This document shows positions 24,126 through 37,597 of a stretch of 64,000 nt of DNA, in pieces. Numbering within the stretch: the first letter of the stretch is position 1; every line of letters begins with the position of its first letter. A program made the translations under genes and the position numbers. The notes beneath the pieces are model-generated. The model was given only the letters and a program-made list of their open reading frames with translations. It ran no database searches and was not told the origin of the DNA. Source of the DNA: Malacoraja senta (Eukaryota); contig CM075989.1 in assembly GCA_038087875.1 (NCBI GenBank), positions 12,030,001 through 12,094,000 on the forward strand. The letters run 5' to 3'.

Positions 24126-26746
24126 AATATGTTAGTTTTGAGTTAATTTGCATTTAACTACTAATGTTGATCTCTTGACATTGTCTGAGAATGATCAGAC
24201 AGTTGTGAGTTAGTTTCTCCTGGCATCACTTTCAACACACTCCACGCAGGAGAAGATGAGACGTTTCTCCTGGTCGGATCCACAGGACCACTCTGCACAT
24301 GTTCGCACCTCCTTCCAGCCACGGAGATGCTCCCAGCCTGCGACACAACACTCTGGGAGGACAACATCACCCTCTTCTCCGGAGATGTGACCATCTTTCG
24401 TGGATGGAGTCCGTTCACACAGACCCCGATCAACCCATGACCTTCCAACAGAGGGTGTCTCGACGTTGGTCTGAGCATGCAAATCCAGCCCAGGGCTGTG
24501 TCTCTTGGCAAACACTGTGGGCAACAAGGGCTGGGCTGGGACTGCATACAATGTACAGCAGCGAATCGCAGCTTCAGTTCCTCGACTGCGTGCCAATGTA
24601 CTTGCCCAACCCAGCCTACCCTCGCCCCCCCCCCCTCTTCATCCTCATTTCCTTCTCTCTGCTTCATGCATGCCCCTTTCCAGCTCCCTCTTAAAATCCA
24701 ATTTATTCACCTGTTCTGCTACTGTGGGAGTGAGCAAATCCCAACTGAACCACTTCATAATCTAAAAGCTCAGCCCTCCATCTCTTCCTCGTAGAGGAAC
24801 GAGCCTCAGCCCCTCAACCCCTCCTGACCACATAACCTGATATCCTCAATAGACACGAAATGCTGAAAAAACTCAGCGGGCCATGCAGCATCTCTGGAGA
24901 GAAGGAATGGGTGATGTTTCGGGTCGAGAGTGCAGTCCCTTCCTACACAATCTGAGACTCTGCTGGTTCAGGACCCTGGAGCAGAACCTCATAAAGCTGG
25001 TTCTCTCTATCATTTGTGCATCTCCAGTATTGCCCTGAGTAGTATGTCGACTCGAACTAGCAGAGGGGTTGTGCGCAGACCTTTTCTCATGGGGAGCAGT
25101 TGAGTTGATTACTACAAATACACTGAAGATGGGGCAGATGAAGGGTTAAGTAGGTGGCACGGGTGGAGGAGAAACACTGGCTGCACCAGAGGGTCAGGAA
25201 GGCATGTGGAAGTGTGGTAGATCCAGCTCCTTATGAATCTGCCCACTCTGGCTTTTGGGCTTGCAATTCCAGCAGTTTGAAGTCTGCTCCACATTTTACT
25301 GGCACCCTCTAGGCAGCAGTAGCAGTCTTGAGAGCTGAGGAGGTGGCCGGAAAGAGAAACTCTGCTTTTGATATATTTTCATAAATGTGATCGTGAGTAA
25401 ACAACTCAGTCCTTGGACCATGCCTTAGGAACTGTGTCTGACCCAGGACCACATGTCTGTGGTCGGACAAACAGCTGGCACTCGCAGAGCATGAGTCCAT
25501 ACACCGCCTCTGGCTGAGACATTACATTCTTCAAAAGCCAACATTTTAGAAAAATATTATTAATCAAATAGCAAAAAAAATCTTACATTTGCTTGGTTGT
25601 TGAAGGTAAATCTTTAGAAAAATTAATTTCATCCAAAATAATCTCTGCACAACAGTGCTTCATCTGGGAATATTTATGATCTCGCACTTGCATCCTTCTG
25701 TCTGGCTCCTCATCCCTGACCTCCCTCTGAGGTTCAGCACTAGCCACAAGAGGTCCTGGTCTCGGGATCTGAGCCCTCCACTAACCAATGCCACCTCCCG
25801 GCTCAGGACTTCTGCTTCCATCTTTGAAGAATTGTATTAGAACTGTAGAGAGATGCAGTAGGAGGTCAGTCACTTCAGCCACCAGGCCCATGCTGACCAT
25901 CAATCACCCACTTGCATTAATCCCATCTCATTCTCTCCACATTCCCATCATTACCCCCCAGATTCTATCACTCATTAGGGACTATCTCCAATAGCCAATT
26001 AAGCAACCCGCACATCTTTGGGATGTGTTTGGAAACGGGAGGAAACCAACGGTCACAGGTGGCATCTGATCAGTCTAAAGAGGGGAAACAACCTGGAACA
26101 TCGTCTGTCCATGGCCCTTCACAGATGCTGCCTGGCCTGCTGAGTCCTCCAGTAGATTATTTTTGCTCAAGATTCCACATTTTCTGCAGTCTCATGTGTC
26201 CTCAAGAATAAACCCTCTTGTTTTTGCCTGTCTCCCATAATTTTATAACTTCGATTACATTACTCTTTAGTCTGTCTAATGGGATTAACCCACAACTCTG
26301 TCCAGCATGCCTCTCCTCATAGCTATATCATTTATCTCTGGAAATGGTGCAGTACGTCTTCCCTCCAGTGGTCTCCTACCTCCCTACAGTGCAGAAACTA
26401 GAAGAGACCACAGCTCCAGCTGAGCAAACAGTTTAATTCAATTCTGAGCAGACTTCCTGCTCTTTGAAAACTATAACTCCTAGCACTCATCTGCAGCTCC
26501 TAACATTCTGGTGTTCTGAGAGTACCACTGGAGATGGATGGGGGAGCTGAAGGCATTTGGAGGTTTAGTGGGGATCCTCTACTAAAACACAGCTGCTGAG
26601 ATGATCCACGTCCTTCAGGTCTCCTCTCTCATGCAGCTAAGACCCTGGAGCCTGGTATATTTTGCCTGTTGTTACATTTCTAGTATCTCCACTGTGGCTT
26701 GGTTTTCTATGCATTATTAGCCCTCTGTCCAATTCGAATTTATACA

Positions 26747-26760
26747 CCACTGGGTGGCGC
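26747..26760 (+). promoter_or_regulatory. CTCF-like motif
   Basis: CCACTGGGTGGCGC in unique sequence, one mismatch to the core consensus. Confidence 0.35.
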
Positions 26761-27689
26761 TCCAGTGCTAAGTGCGTGCTGGGAGAGATGGTAATCAGGA
26801 GTGTGGTGAGCAACATCTGTTTTAATAGAACAACTGCAGTGTCCCAAAAATCTCAGCAGCAAAAATTCTACAGCAGTGACAGATGTACAACATTGTGCAC
26901 TGTTCTACTCTCTCTTTGACAATAGAGACCTACTGGTGAAGATGCAAATAAAAACATTACAGGATAAAAGTGGAACAGAGAGTTTATAGGCACCAGGGAA
27001 GATTGAACACTCTTGAGTAGGTAAAATAGATCTTTAAATGTCAGATAGAGATGATGAAAGTGTGTCCACAGTGAGCAGTGAGATGTCTAAAACCAAGATC
27101 TGCAAGTTAAAGCGAATCATTAATAAATATTGTGTGATGAATTCTGAGTTTCTTCTTTGGCCAACGAAGGTGGAGAGGACAAATTATGGGGTAACTGGAT
27201 TTGAGAAAGTATACATAGGTTAAGGTGGTATAGTGAACACCAGGTGGGCCACATGGCCTGTGACTTCAATGTAATATCCCAATAATGGCAACATGGTCAA
27301 CAAGGATTGGATCAGATGTTGCATGAATGAACAATTTGGCCAGGATGAGGAAATACCTTTGTTTTTCTCCATGGGTACCTAGGGTTTCTCTGTACCCCTG
27401 AACAGAGCTAAGTAATTGAGAGCTGTGACAAGACATCCGATGAGAACCTCAACAATTGACGCAGGAAACGGGGAAATGCCAAAGAGACAGGCCAAATCGT
27501 GGAATTGTACAGAAACAGGCGTTATTGACCCACTGTATCTTTCCCTTCTGCCTGCCAATGTCCCTCTGTACTTCAATCCTACTAAAATCCTTGCTATTTA
27601 CTCGATATCTCCTGCTAAAATTTGAAAAATAAATAGTCATTTCATTAATTTTATATTTTCAGATTTTTGCAGTACATTATCCTGAAAAC

Positions 27690-28580
27690 CATTTATTCTG
27701 CGTATTACATTGAATGAGAAGGCTCGTAAAAGGTTATTATAGAAAATTAAAGCTCTTGCTTTAGGAAGTAACATATTGGTATGGATAGAAGATCATCTGG
27801 TGAACACCAAATGGAGAGTGGGGATAAATGTCTGGCAACATGTAGTGAATAGTGCGTCACAAGGATTGGTCCTGCGTATTTTTTAAAATATATATAAATA
27901 ATGAAGGGACCAAAGATTGTGAAGACTGCATAAGGAGGCTACCAACAAATATTGATAAGTGAGTGGTGCAAAGATGTGGAACATAACATGAAATTATTCC
28001 ATTGACAAAGTAGAAATTGCAGAGCTCTGAGGGATTCTGGATGTCCCAGTGCATGGTTGACTAATTAGCAAGTAATTAGAAAAACTAATATAATTTATTG
28101 TTTCTGGCAAAATAAATGAATGTAGAAGTAAAGAGTTTATAATTTAGTTATAAAGTGCATTGGTGAGAACATGTGGAGTATTTTTTAAATAAGAATTTTA
28201 ATGCATTGGAAGCAATTTGGAGAAGGTCTACAAGACTGATAATGGGAATGGGAAGATTGCTGTATGAGAAAATGTTGTCTGGAGAGAATGCTTGCTCTTG
28301 AGACATAATGTAGAACCGGTGGTTTAAAAATAAGTGATCACTCATTTAAGAAAGAGATGAGGTGAATATTTTTTCACAGGGGGTCCTAGAACTTTGGAAC
28401 TATCTTCTTCAAAGGGTGGTGGAAACAGTCTGAATATTTTTAATGCAGAGTGAGATTTTTAATGAGCAAGGGGATGAATGGTTATTGCAAGTAGACAAGA
28501 AATGGAGAACTAAGGTTAGTTGGATCAACCAGGCTCTTATTAAATGTTGGAGCAGGCTTGCGGAGACAAGCTCACTACTC
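27690..28580 (+). mobile_element. Highly degenerate CR1 fragment
   Basis: Residual WIED, LVR.HVEY and F.QGVLELWNYL patterns. Confidence 0.55.
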
Positions 28581-29044
28581 CTGTTCCAAACTTGTACATT
28601 TGCTTTAATTCTCACAACAGAAAGAAGCTATCTGCTCCCTCTGCTATGTGCCAGTCATTTTGCCCTACACCAGTCTCCTCCCACCTGCTTCACCACTACT
28701 TCCTCCTTCCCTCATGTCCATCAGCTTCCCCTTTAACATATATACACACTGCTCACCCAACCTTCACCGTGGGAACAACTACCATGCTCTCCCTGCTCTG
28801 GGAAAGAAGTTTGCCCTGAATTCCCCAATGGATTTATTGGTGACCTTCTTAAACTATGGCTCTCAGTAATGGTCTCATCCAATGATAGCATCTCCACATC
28901 TACCTGACTGAACTTGTATCATGCCAAACACTAACTACAAACCACAGGCTGCAGACTCTGGCAATCCTCACAGTAAGATTGGGGTCAGGTGTCGAATGTT
29001 AGCCTTGAATGATGCTGTGTGGTCCTCTAACTCTATGGACACCC

Positions 29045-29715
29045 TATTATCATAGTCGTAGAACTATACAACACAGAAACTACCCCTTTGGATCACCTTG
29101 TCCATGCTGACCAAGTTAGCATTATGGGCTAGTCCTATTTGCAAGCATTTGGCCCATATCCCTCCAAACTGTTTCTATCCATATATCTGTCCAAATTATT
29201 TTTGAAGGTCATAATTGTATCCATTTCTATAGCTCCCTATGGCAGCTCATTCCAGATATGGACTCTCCTCTCTCATCTTTAGCCTATGTCCTCGATATTT
29301 GGAATCCTCTAACCTGGGATAAAGACTGAGTGTTCACTTTATCCATGCCGCTCAAGAAATTATGTACCTCAATAAGGTTACCCCTCGACCTTCTGCACTC
29401 CATGGAAAAGAGTTCCAGTTTATCCAACCTCTCTCTATAATGCAAGACCAGGTAACATCCTCATGAATATCTTCTGCACCCTTTCCAACCATCCTTTCTA
29501 TAGCTGGGCAACCAGAGCAATCTGCAATACTCCAAGTGTGGTCTCACCAACAACTTGTACAGCTGCATCATGATGTCCCATTTTTTGTATTCAATACCCT
29601 TCCTGATGAAGGCAGGCATAGCAAATGCTTCTTCAGTATCCTGTCCACCTGGCACAACACTTTCAGGGAACTGTGCATCTATACTCGCACTTGTCAGAGT
29701 TAAATTTCATTTGCC
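29045..29715 (-). mobile_element. CR1 3' fragment
   Basis: Minus ORF QLYKLLVRPHLEYC followed by a CR1 3' UTR. Confidence 0.8.
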
Positions 29716-30972
29716 ATTCAGGTAGGAATCAGATAGGTTGTCAGGCAAGGTCTGGTTGTTTTCAGGTCGGAACAGATCAGATTCCTCTCACAAATGGGAC
29801 AGTGAGTGTAGGGGTTGCTCACAGCAAGTGCCTTTTCATGGAATCTTACATTAATCCTCTAGAGGTGCCTCTGCTGTTCAAAGGAAGCTAAGTCAGGTGT
29901 TTGCAGATGATAAGGCATCAGCAGCCTATTTAATGTCTCAGCTTGTTTGTTACTTTGGAGATTCAGAACAAGGACTTCTCGGGCTGAGTGTTTATGACAG
30001 CACTGCACTGTCATGTTGCTATAAGATTATAGAGAACCATCTGAGTCAAAACTTTGTGCTTCTCGCATCAATGAATTTCAGTCCGACCGGATCGATGGTA
30101 CGATGGATTCTTGTTTCAGTTACTATTTTGACTTTGCGAAATGGGCCATTTAGCCCCACTGCTGTAGCTGGTGTTACTGTCCTTGGTGGTTTCCTCACAC
30201 TGTTGCTCTCCATTTCCCCTCTCTTTCATTTATATATCCAATTCCCTGAGAATACACATTTCTCCCATTCCCCTCTCTGTGAAAGTAGTTTCCACATTCT
30301 TCCTATTTCCCAAGTTAAATGAATTTGGTTTCTTCACATGACAAATTTGTGCAGGACGATGAGCCTAAGCTGGCCTTGGGTCCTGGCAGGTTGCAATGCA
30401 AAGATCCTATCGATTATAATTTCAGGGTCTGAGAATTCAGTGCCTCTCTGAAATGAACCCCAGGAGGCTGCTTAAAATGAGACCTCGTCCTGCCACAATA
30501 GCTACAGGCCAGGAGATGAGGGTCAGGAGGAGGCCATTAGATCATTCTTCTGGTTCTCTTAGATTATGGCTTACATTTACTTGTTTGAGTTCCATGTGGT
30601 TTAATATCCAATACAAATCTACCCATCTCAGTCCTGAAGATCCCAAAATCCACAGCATCTGACATTTGTCATTACAAAATGAGGCTGGCTAACTGGAGCT
30701 TCAGTGAAAGCATTTTGGGAGTCAAATGCAAGAGGAAATTATACAGTAATTGGCAGGAGCATTGGTGCACAGAAGGATCTTAGGCTGCAAGTGCCTGGAA
30801 AGTGGCTACATATGTAGAACAGGAAGGTGTACGTCACACGTGCTTTCGTCAGTCTGGGTGTTAAGTATAAAAGTCAGGAAGTCATGTTGCAACTATATAA
30901 AACTTTGTATAGACTGCATTTGTATGGTGTCCAGTCCCGGTAGCTGGATTACAGGCTTAGGAGAGAGTACAT

Positions 30973-32073
30973 CAAGTCGTCAAGTCACATTTATTTATAT
31001 AGCGCATTTAAAAAACAACTCTCGTTGGCCAAAGTGCTTTACATTTGTTATAAGAATAGCACAAACAAAACAAACTACATACATATATACATGTAGGAGG
31101 ACGTCAGGAAAGGCTTGGGAGTGTAGATAAGTCTTTAGTCTTGACTTAAAAGAGTCGTTGGAGGGGGCAGTTCTGATGGGAAAGGGGATGCTGTTCCACA
31201 GTCTAGGGGCTGCAACCGCAAAGGCGCGGTCGCCCCTGAGCTTATGCCTAGACCGTGGGATATTCAGCAACCCCAAGTCGGCCGATCTGAGGGGCCTGGA
31301 GGTGGAGTGGTGGGTGAGAAGACTTTTCTATGTAGGTGGGGGCAAGCCCATTGAGGGCTTTGTAGACATGGAGGAGGATCTTGAAGTTTGTACGGAACCG
31401 CACAGGGAGCCAGTGGAGAGAGGCCAGGATCGGGGTGATGTGGTCCCTTTTTCGGGTGCCCGTCAGGAGTCTTGCTGCGGCGTTTTGGACCAGTTGCAGG
31501 CGGGACAGGGAAGATTGGCTGATGCCAGTGTAAAGGGAGTTGCAGTAATCTAGGCGGGAGGAGATGAATGTGTGGATGATCTTTTCGAGGTCATCAAACT
31601 GGAGGAATTGTTTTATTTTAGCTATCGTCCGAAGCTGAAAGAAGCTAGCTTTTACCACGGCATTGACTTTGTCAAATTTTAATGCTGAGTCAAATATCAC
31701 GACAAGGTTTTTGACATGAGGTTTGAGTAGTGGGGTAAGGCTTCCAAGGCTGCCTGCTATCATTTTGATTGAGTCCAAGGGGCTGAGAAGGATGACCTCA
31801 GACTTACTCTCGTTTAGTTGGAGGAAGTTCTGGACCATCCAGCACTTTATATCCTCGAGGCAGTGGGTAAGGTTAAACAGATTTGATTGTTTTTTGGGCT
31901 TCAGGGGGAGATAGTGTTGTGTATCGTCTGCGTAGCAATGGAAGGAAATGCCGTGCCTTTCAATGACTTGGCCTAAGGGGAGCATATACAGGGAGAAGAG
32001 AATGGGGCCAAGGATGGAACCTTGTGGAACCCCACAGTAGAGATTAGCTGGGGAGGAGAAAGAGTTGCCTATG
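30973..32073 (-). mobile_element. L2-clade LINE, 5'-truncated, RT C-terminal half plus 3' UTR
   Basis: CGVPQGSILGPILFSLYM, FHCYADDTQ, SRLDYCNSL, LQLVQNAAARLLT, HITPILASLHWLPV and GDRAFAVAAPRLWNS. Tail AATAAA..(GACTT)n. Inserted within a CR1 remnant (about 30730-32240). Confidence 0.95.
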
Positions 32074-32251
32074 TTACATAAGAGGGTCACCAGGACGTTA
32101 CGTGGATTAGGGAGCATTAGTTAAAATGAGAGATTGTAAATGCTTGGGTTGTTTTCTCTGAAGTATCAGAGGCTGACGGGCAACTTGATATAAGCATATA
32201 ATATTATGAAAGGCATAAATAGGGTAGATACTTTCTCCAAGTCATAGCATC

Positions 32252-32375
32252 TTCTTGCGTATAGCGTGCACAGCCTAATGTTGTAGGACAACTTGTTCTA
32301 TTTGATTGTGCACGCCGGGTTGATTGCATTCGTCAAAACAGGGCGGACCACGTGAAGGTTGCAATCTTCCACCCC
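32252..32375 (-). mobile_element. 124 bp retroposed fragment with (AAG)-type tail and 12 bp TSD
   Basis: TSD AGTCATAGCATC at 32240-32251 and 32376-32387. Minus strand ends ...GCTGTGCACGCTATACGCAAGAAG. Family uncertain (SINE or RTE-type 3' end). Confidence 0.7.
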
Positions 32376-32707
32376 AGTCATAGCATCATACAGCACTTAA
32401 GCAGGCCCTTTGGCCCATCAGGAACCCAGTGAAATAAGTACCGGTTTACACTATTCCTATACAGATCCATATACTTCTCCCTGCATTCTCATGAACTCCC
32501 TCCAGATTTTACCATTCAGCTATAGACTAGGGGAAATTTATGGTTGCCAACTACCCTACCAACCCGCATAAGATGTGGCAGGTTACTGCTGCATCCATGG
32601 AAACCTTCGCAGGCACACGGAGTAATGTGTAAACCTCACAGATGGCACTGGAGCTCAGGATTGAACCTGGATTGCTGGCATTGACTTAACAAGTCCACTA
32701 ACTGGGT

Positions 32708-33430
32708 TAGTGTTGTAGAGCAGAGGGATCTAGGAGTACAAGTGCATGGTTCCATGAAGGTCGAGTTGCAGGTAGATAAGGTGGTCAAAAGGGCTTTTGG
32801 CACTTTGGCCTTCATCAGTCAGAGAATTGAGCATAGAAGTTGGGAGGTCATGTTGCAGTTGTAAAGGCGTTGGTGAGACGGCATTTAGAATATTGTGTTC
32901 AGTTCTGGGCACCCAGTTATGGGAAAGATATTGTCAAGCTTGAAAGGGTTCAGAAAAGATTTACGAGGATGTTGACAGGACTAGAGGGTGTGATCTATAG
33001 GGAGAGGTTGAGTAGGCTGGGTCTCTATTCCATGGAGCGTAGGAGGATGAGGGGAGATCTTATAGAGGTATACAAAATCATGAGAGGAATAGATTGGGTC
33101 GATGCACAGATTCTTTAACCCAGAACTGGGGAATTGAGGACCAGAGGACATAGGTTCAAGGTGAAGGGGAAAAGATTTAATAGGAATCTGAGAGGTAACT
33201 TTTTCACACAGAGGGTGGTGGGTGTATGGAACAATCTGCCAGAGGAGGTAGTTGAGGCTGGGGATATCCCATTGTTTAAGAAACAGTTGGACAGGTACAT
33301 GGATAGGACAGGTTTGGAGGGTTATGGACCAAGCGCAGGCAAGTGGGACTAGGGTAGCTGGGACATTGTTGGCTGGTGTGGGCGAGTTGGGCTGAAGGGC
33401 CTGTTTCCACACTGTTAATCTATGACTCTA
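32708..33430 (+). mobile_element. CR1 3' fragment
   Basis: LVRRHLEYCVQFWAP...RRMRGDLIEVYKIM...RTRGHRFKVKGKRF. Tail CTATGACTCTA. Confidence 0.9.
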
Positions 33431-34589
33431 ACTGCACCACTGTACCAGTCCAAGGAGCATCTGAAGGAGGGAGGGGGAGTAAGGGAGGGGGAGTAAGGGA
33501 GGGGGAGTAAGGGAGGGGGAGGGAGTGATTTAAGGAGGAAATTCCAGGGTTCAGATCCCAGGCAGTTGAAGGCATGACAGTATGGCTGTATGGTGGAGCA
33601 ATGGAAATTAGTCAATGGTCAGAAGGCTAGGATTGGAGAAGCACAGACATCGCAGAGCTTGTGGGGCTGGAGGTCACACAAGGCCATGGAGATATTTTAG
33701 CATAAGAATAAATCTTTATAACATTTTTGGAAGTAACTTCCTCCGAGGAACTCAGAATTCTGTGAACACACTTAGAATCTGAGAACTCGCGCAGGTACAT
33801 TAGTTCCTCCTGAGTGTTGGTTCACAACACTGTCTGGCTTACAGACTTCGCTCGACCATCGAACACTTTAAGTGTTAAATCTTAAAATCTATTGTGCTAA
33901 TGTATACGGTTTGATTGTCAGGAGATGATTCTGTAATGCAGCTTTATGGGAAATTCTGTATTATTTAATCAGAACAAGGACTGCTTCTTGCAAGGAAAGG
34001 TCGCTTCTGCCCCCAGACACCTTCCAGAGGGAGGGAGTGGGTAGGTGTTATTCACCCACGCCTAGGTTCCTGTTTTACACTCTTCCTCTCACCACTTAAC
34101 TGTGATATTTCCAGCATAGAAATGAAGGGAAAATGTGCAGCACAAAGGCAGAAGTTGTCTTGTTACGAAAGGGAGAACAATACAATAATAACCTAGAACA
34201 TTGTGGTTTATAAACTGCTATAAAACATTTCCAGCCATCTGCTTTCAGACCTAATACACCTCTTTCAATATCACTATGTCCTACAGCACTAAATGAGGCC
34301 ATTTGGCCCATTTTGCCTATACTGATACAGTTGGCCAATTACCCTGCACTTTTCCTGGTGGCCTGGGCAAAATTCTTCCCCTTGAAACCTTAATCTAATT
34401 GCTTTGTGAACGTATCTGTTGAATCTGTTCACACTGCCTTCCAGACAGTTGTTTCCAATCACAGCAGCGCATCACGTGACAAATTTCAAGCATTTGTTGT
34501 GGTGAGGTGTCTGTGGGGAAGAATATAAGCAGCACGGTGCCTGACTCAGCAGGAGGTGGTCAGTGTTCAACACTGAGCAAGCTCAGCCC

Positions 34590-34925
34590 GAGGATGTCTA
34601 GGCTCAAGTCCCACTCCGGCTGGATCGGCATTTCTTGTAGGCTGAAACTCTTAGCACAATACTGAGAGAGAGAGTGGCACTGTTGGAAGTGCTGCCTTTC
34701 GGATGAGATGCCATGTGTTGTCTTTGTAGATCGAATTCTAGAGAAGATCAAGAAACCAATATATCCCCCACAACCAACATTACATAACCAAATGATAGGC
34801 TGTAGTCATTTTGCTGTGCGTGGGAGCTTGCTGTGTATGAACTGGCTGCCTTGTTTACTACTACAGTGGTCTCACATGAAAGGTACTCCACAGGCTAGTA
34901 AGTGGTTTGGGAGATCCTCAAGCTA
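34590..34925 (+). mobile_element. Deu-domain SINE, degenerate
   Basis: TCAAGTCCCACTCC head, TACTGAGAGAGAGTGGCACTGTTGGAAGTGCTGCCTTTCGGATGAGATG, and GTGGGAGCTTGCTGTG. Confidence 0.65.
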
Positions 34926-35744
34926 GGGAAATGCTGGTGCTTTGCATAAGGCCACAGCCTGCTGGGTTTAGGTAGGTGACTTTCCTAAACTAAGAAATAC
35001 AATCAAAGAATCATTGCAGCATGGAACAACGTCATTCAGCTCATCGGATCTACGCTCACTTCTGGTACAACTATCCTATCATTGCTACTCCATTGCTTTT
35101 TTCTCATACCCTATGAATCAGTCTCCTTCACGGGCCTAACCAATTCACTGTGAGGGCCCTGACTGACTCAGTATGCCCACCTGTCAGGCAGATCTTAAAG
35201 TACCGTCTTCAAATCTCTCCAGAGGATGAGGAGACTCGGTTTACTGTGCATTACGCTGGAAGTTATTATCTTATGTGGTCTTTGGTTGTGGTTTCCATGG
35301 CAGTGCCTCAGTCTTGCTCTGTGGGAGACTTGGTTTTGTCTCTCTGTTCTGTGGCAGAGAGCAGTCGATGTAGGGTGCCCACTCCAGCTGCTGATAGCTA
35401 TCCACAGGTTATGGCCCAGCCTGTAGTGGTTCCTGCCCACTATGTCTGCCACTGCTTCCCCTGTATACTTTCAGTTTCCAGTCAGTGATTCCCCAAAACT
35501 GTCTCCTTCCTTCTGCTGCTCCTGACATCACTCCCCCCCCCCCCCGACTCCCCACCCCTAATATCCAGCTGTGTGGACAGTATTGGGAGGTCAAGCTTGG
35601 GAGAATGCAACAAAAACCTATAGCCACTGAGCAGCCTGAGCTTCTCCCCAGACACACACTCACAAACACCTTCCCCATCCACTCCTACACACATACAAGT
35701 GCACACCTCACCCAAACACCTACGTGCTCATCCCCTACAGTATA

Positions 35745-37450
35745 CAGCCATGTAGAGTGATACAGTGTGGAATCAGACCCTTCAGCCCAATATGCCCACA
35801 CCGACCAACATGTCCCATCTACACTAGTCCCATCTGCCTGCGTTTGGCCCACATCCCTCTAAACTTATCCTATCCATGTACCTATCTAAATATTTATTTA
35901 ACGTTGCATTAGTACCTGCCTTAACTACATCCTCCAGCAACTCGTTCCATACAACCACCACTCTTTGTGTAAAACAAAAAAGTTAGCCCTCAAGTTCCTA
36001 TGAAACCTTCCCCCCCTCACCTGAAACCTATGTCCTCTGGTTCTTGATTCCCCTACCCTGGCCAAAAGACTCTGTACATTTACCCGATTTATTCCTCTCA
36101 TGATTTTGTATGCCTCTATAAGATCAACCTACCTACCAAGAAATAAAATCCTAGCCTGCTCAACCTCTCCCTATAGCTCATGCCCTCGAGTCTCGGCAAT
36201 ATCCTCCTAAATCTTCTCTGCATGTATTCCAGCTTGACAACATCTTTCCTATAACATGGTGAACAAAACTCAACACAACACAATGTGGGCTCATCAACCA
36301 CTTGCATGACTGCAACATGACCCCTCAATTTCTATATTCAATACTCTTGACTGATGAAGGTCAATGTGCGGAAACTCTTTTAGACCACTCTATCTACCTG
36401 TGAGACCACTGTCAAGGAACTATGTACCTACACTACAAGATCGTTCTGCTCTACAACACTCCCCAGAACCCTACCATTCACTGTGTAGATCCTGCACTTG
36501 TTAGACTTCGTTAAATGCAATACCTCACATTTCTCTATTAAATTCCATTAACCATTCCTCAGCCCAACTGATCAAGATTCTGCTACAAATTTTGACAACC
36601 ATCTTAACTATACAATACCAACCACTTTAGTGTCATCTGTAAACTTGATAATCATGCCATATAATTTCTCATCCAAACCATCAATATAGATGACAAACAG
36701 CAATGGGCCCAGCACCGAACCTTTAGGCACACCACTAGTCACAGGCCTCCAGTCCGAAAAACAACCTTCAACCATCCTCTGCTTCCATCCATGAAGCCAA
36801 TTTTCTATCCAATATAACATCTACAGCACTGCCCTCATCAACCTTTTTTGGTCACATTGTCAGCTTTTTAAGACGCAACCTCCCATGTACAAAACCATGC
36901 TGACCATCCCTAATCAGCCCTTGACCATCTAAATGCATGCATATTTTGTCATTCAGAATACTCTATAGTATATTTCTGACCACAGATGTTAGGCTCACTG
37001 GCCTGCAGTTCTCATGCTTTTCCCTTAAGCCTTTCCTGAGTTGAGGCACAACATTTGCCATCCTCAAGACTTCCGGCACCTCACCTGTATTTAATGATGA
37101 CTTGAAATCTCAGCTAGGGGACCTACAATTTCCTCTCTAGCTTCCTACAATGTTCTCAGATATATCTGATCAGGCCTGAGATTTGTCTACCTTTATACGC
37201 GTCTGGACCTTTAGCGCCTCCTCGACTGAAATACTGACTCCAAGTTCCCTGATCCTCATGTCTTTCTCGATGCTAAAAAGAGAGGAGAAATACTCATTGA
37301 GGACTTGCCCATCTCCTGTGGCTCCACACAGAGTTGACTGCTTTGATTCCTGAAGAATCCCATTTTCTCTCTGGTTACACTTTTCCCCTTATAAAATCTC
37401 TTAATGTTATCTGCCAGAGCTATCTCCTGTCCCCTTTTTGTCTTCCTATT
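35745..37450 (-). mobile_element. CR1 LINE fragment (RT plus 3' UTR), degenerate
   Basis: Minus ORF WIENWL...VTSGVPKGSVLGPLLFVIYI...KFTDDTKVVG. Confidence 0.9.
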
Positions 37451-37597
37451 TTTACATCTCCACACACTTTATACCACTACACACAAACCATTACACATAC
37501 AATCCATGATAGGCACATACTTACACTGACATTCACTCACTGACAACATATGCACTCATTCTCAGTGCTCACTTGATTGGAAGTAGAACCAGAACCC

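Noticed and set aside
24161..24794. Overlapping 105-168 aa ORFs and an acceptor-like site at 24249 as exon 2 of the 17.9 kb gene
   Set aside because: Plus frames stop within about 50-65 codons of the acceptor or lack a clear donor, and I recognise no domain or consistent codon bias. It cannot be excluded without RNA data.
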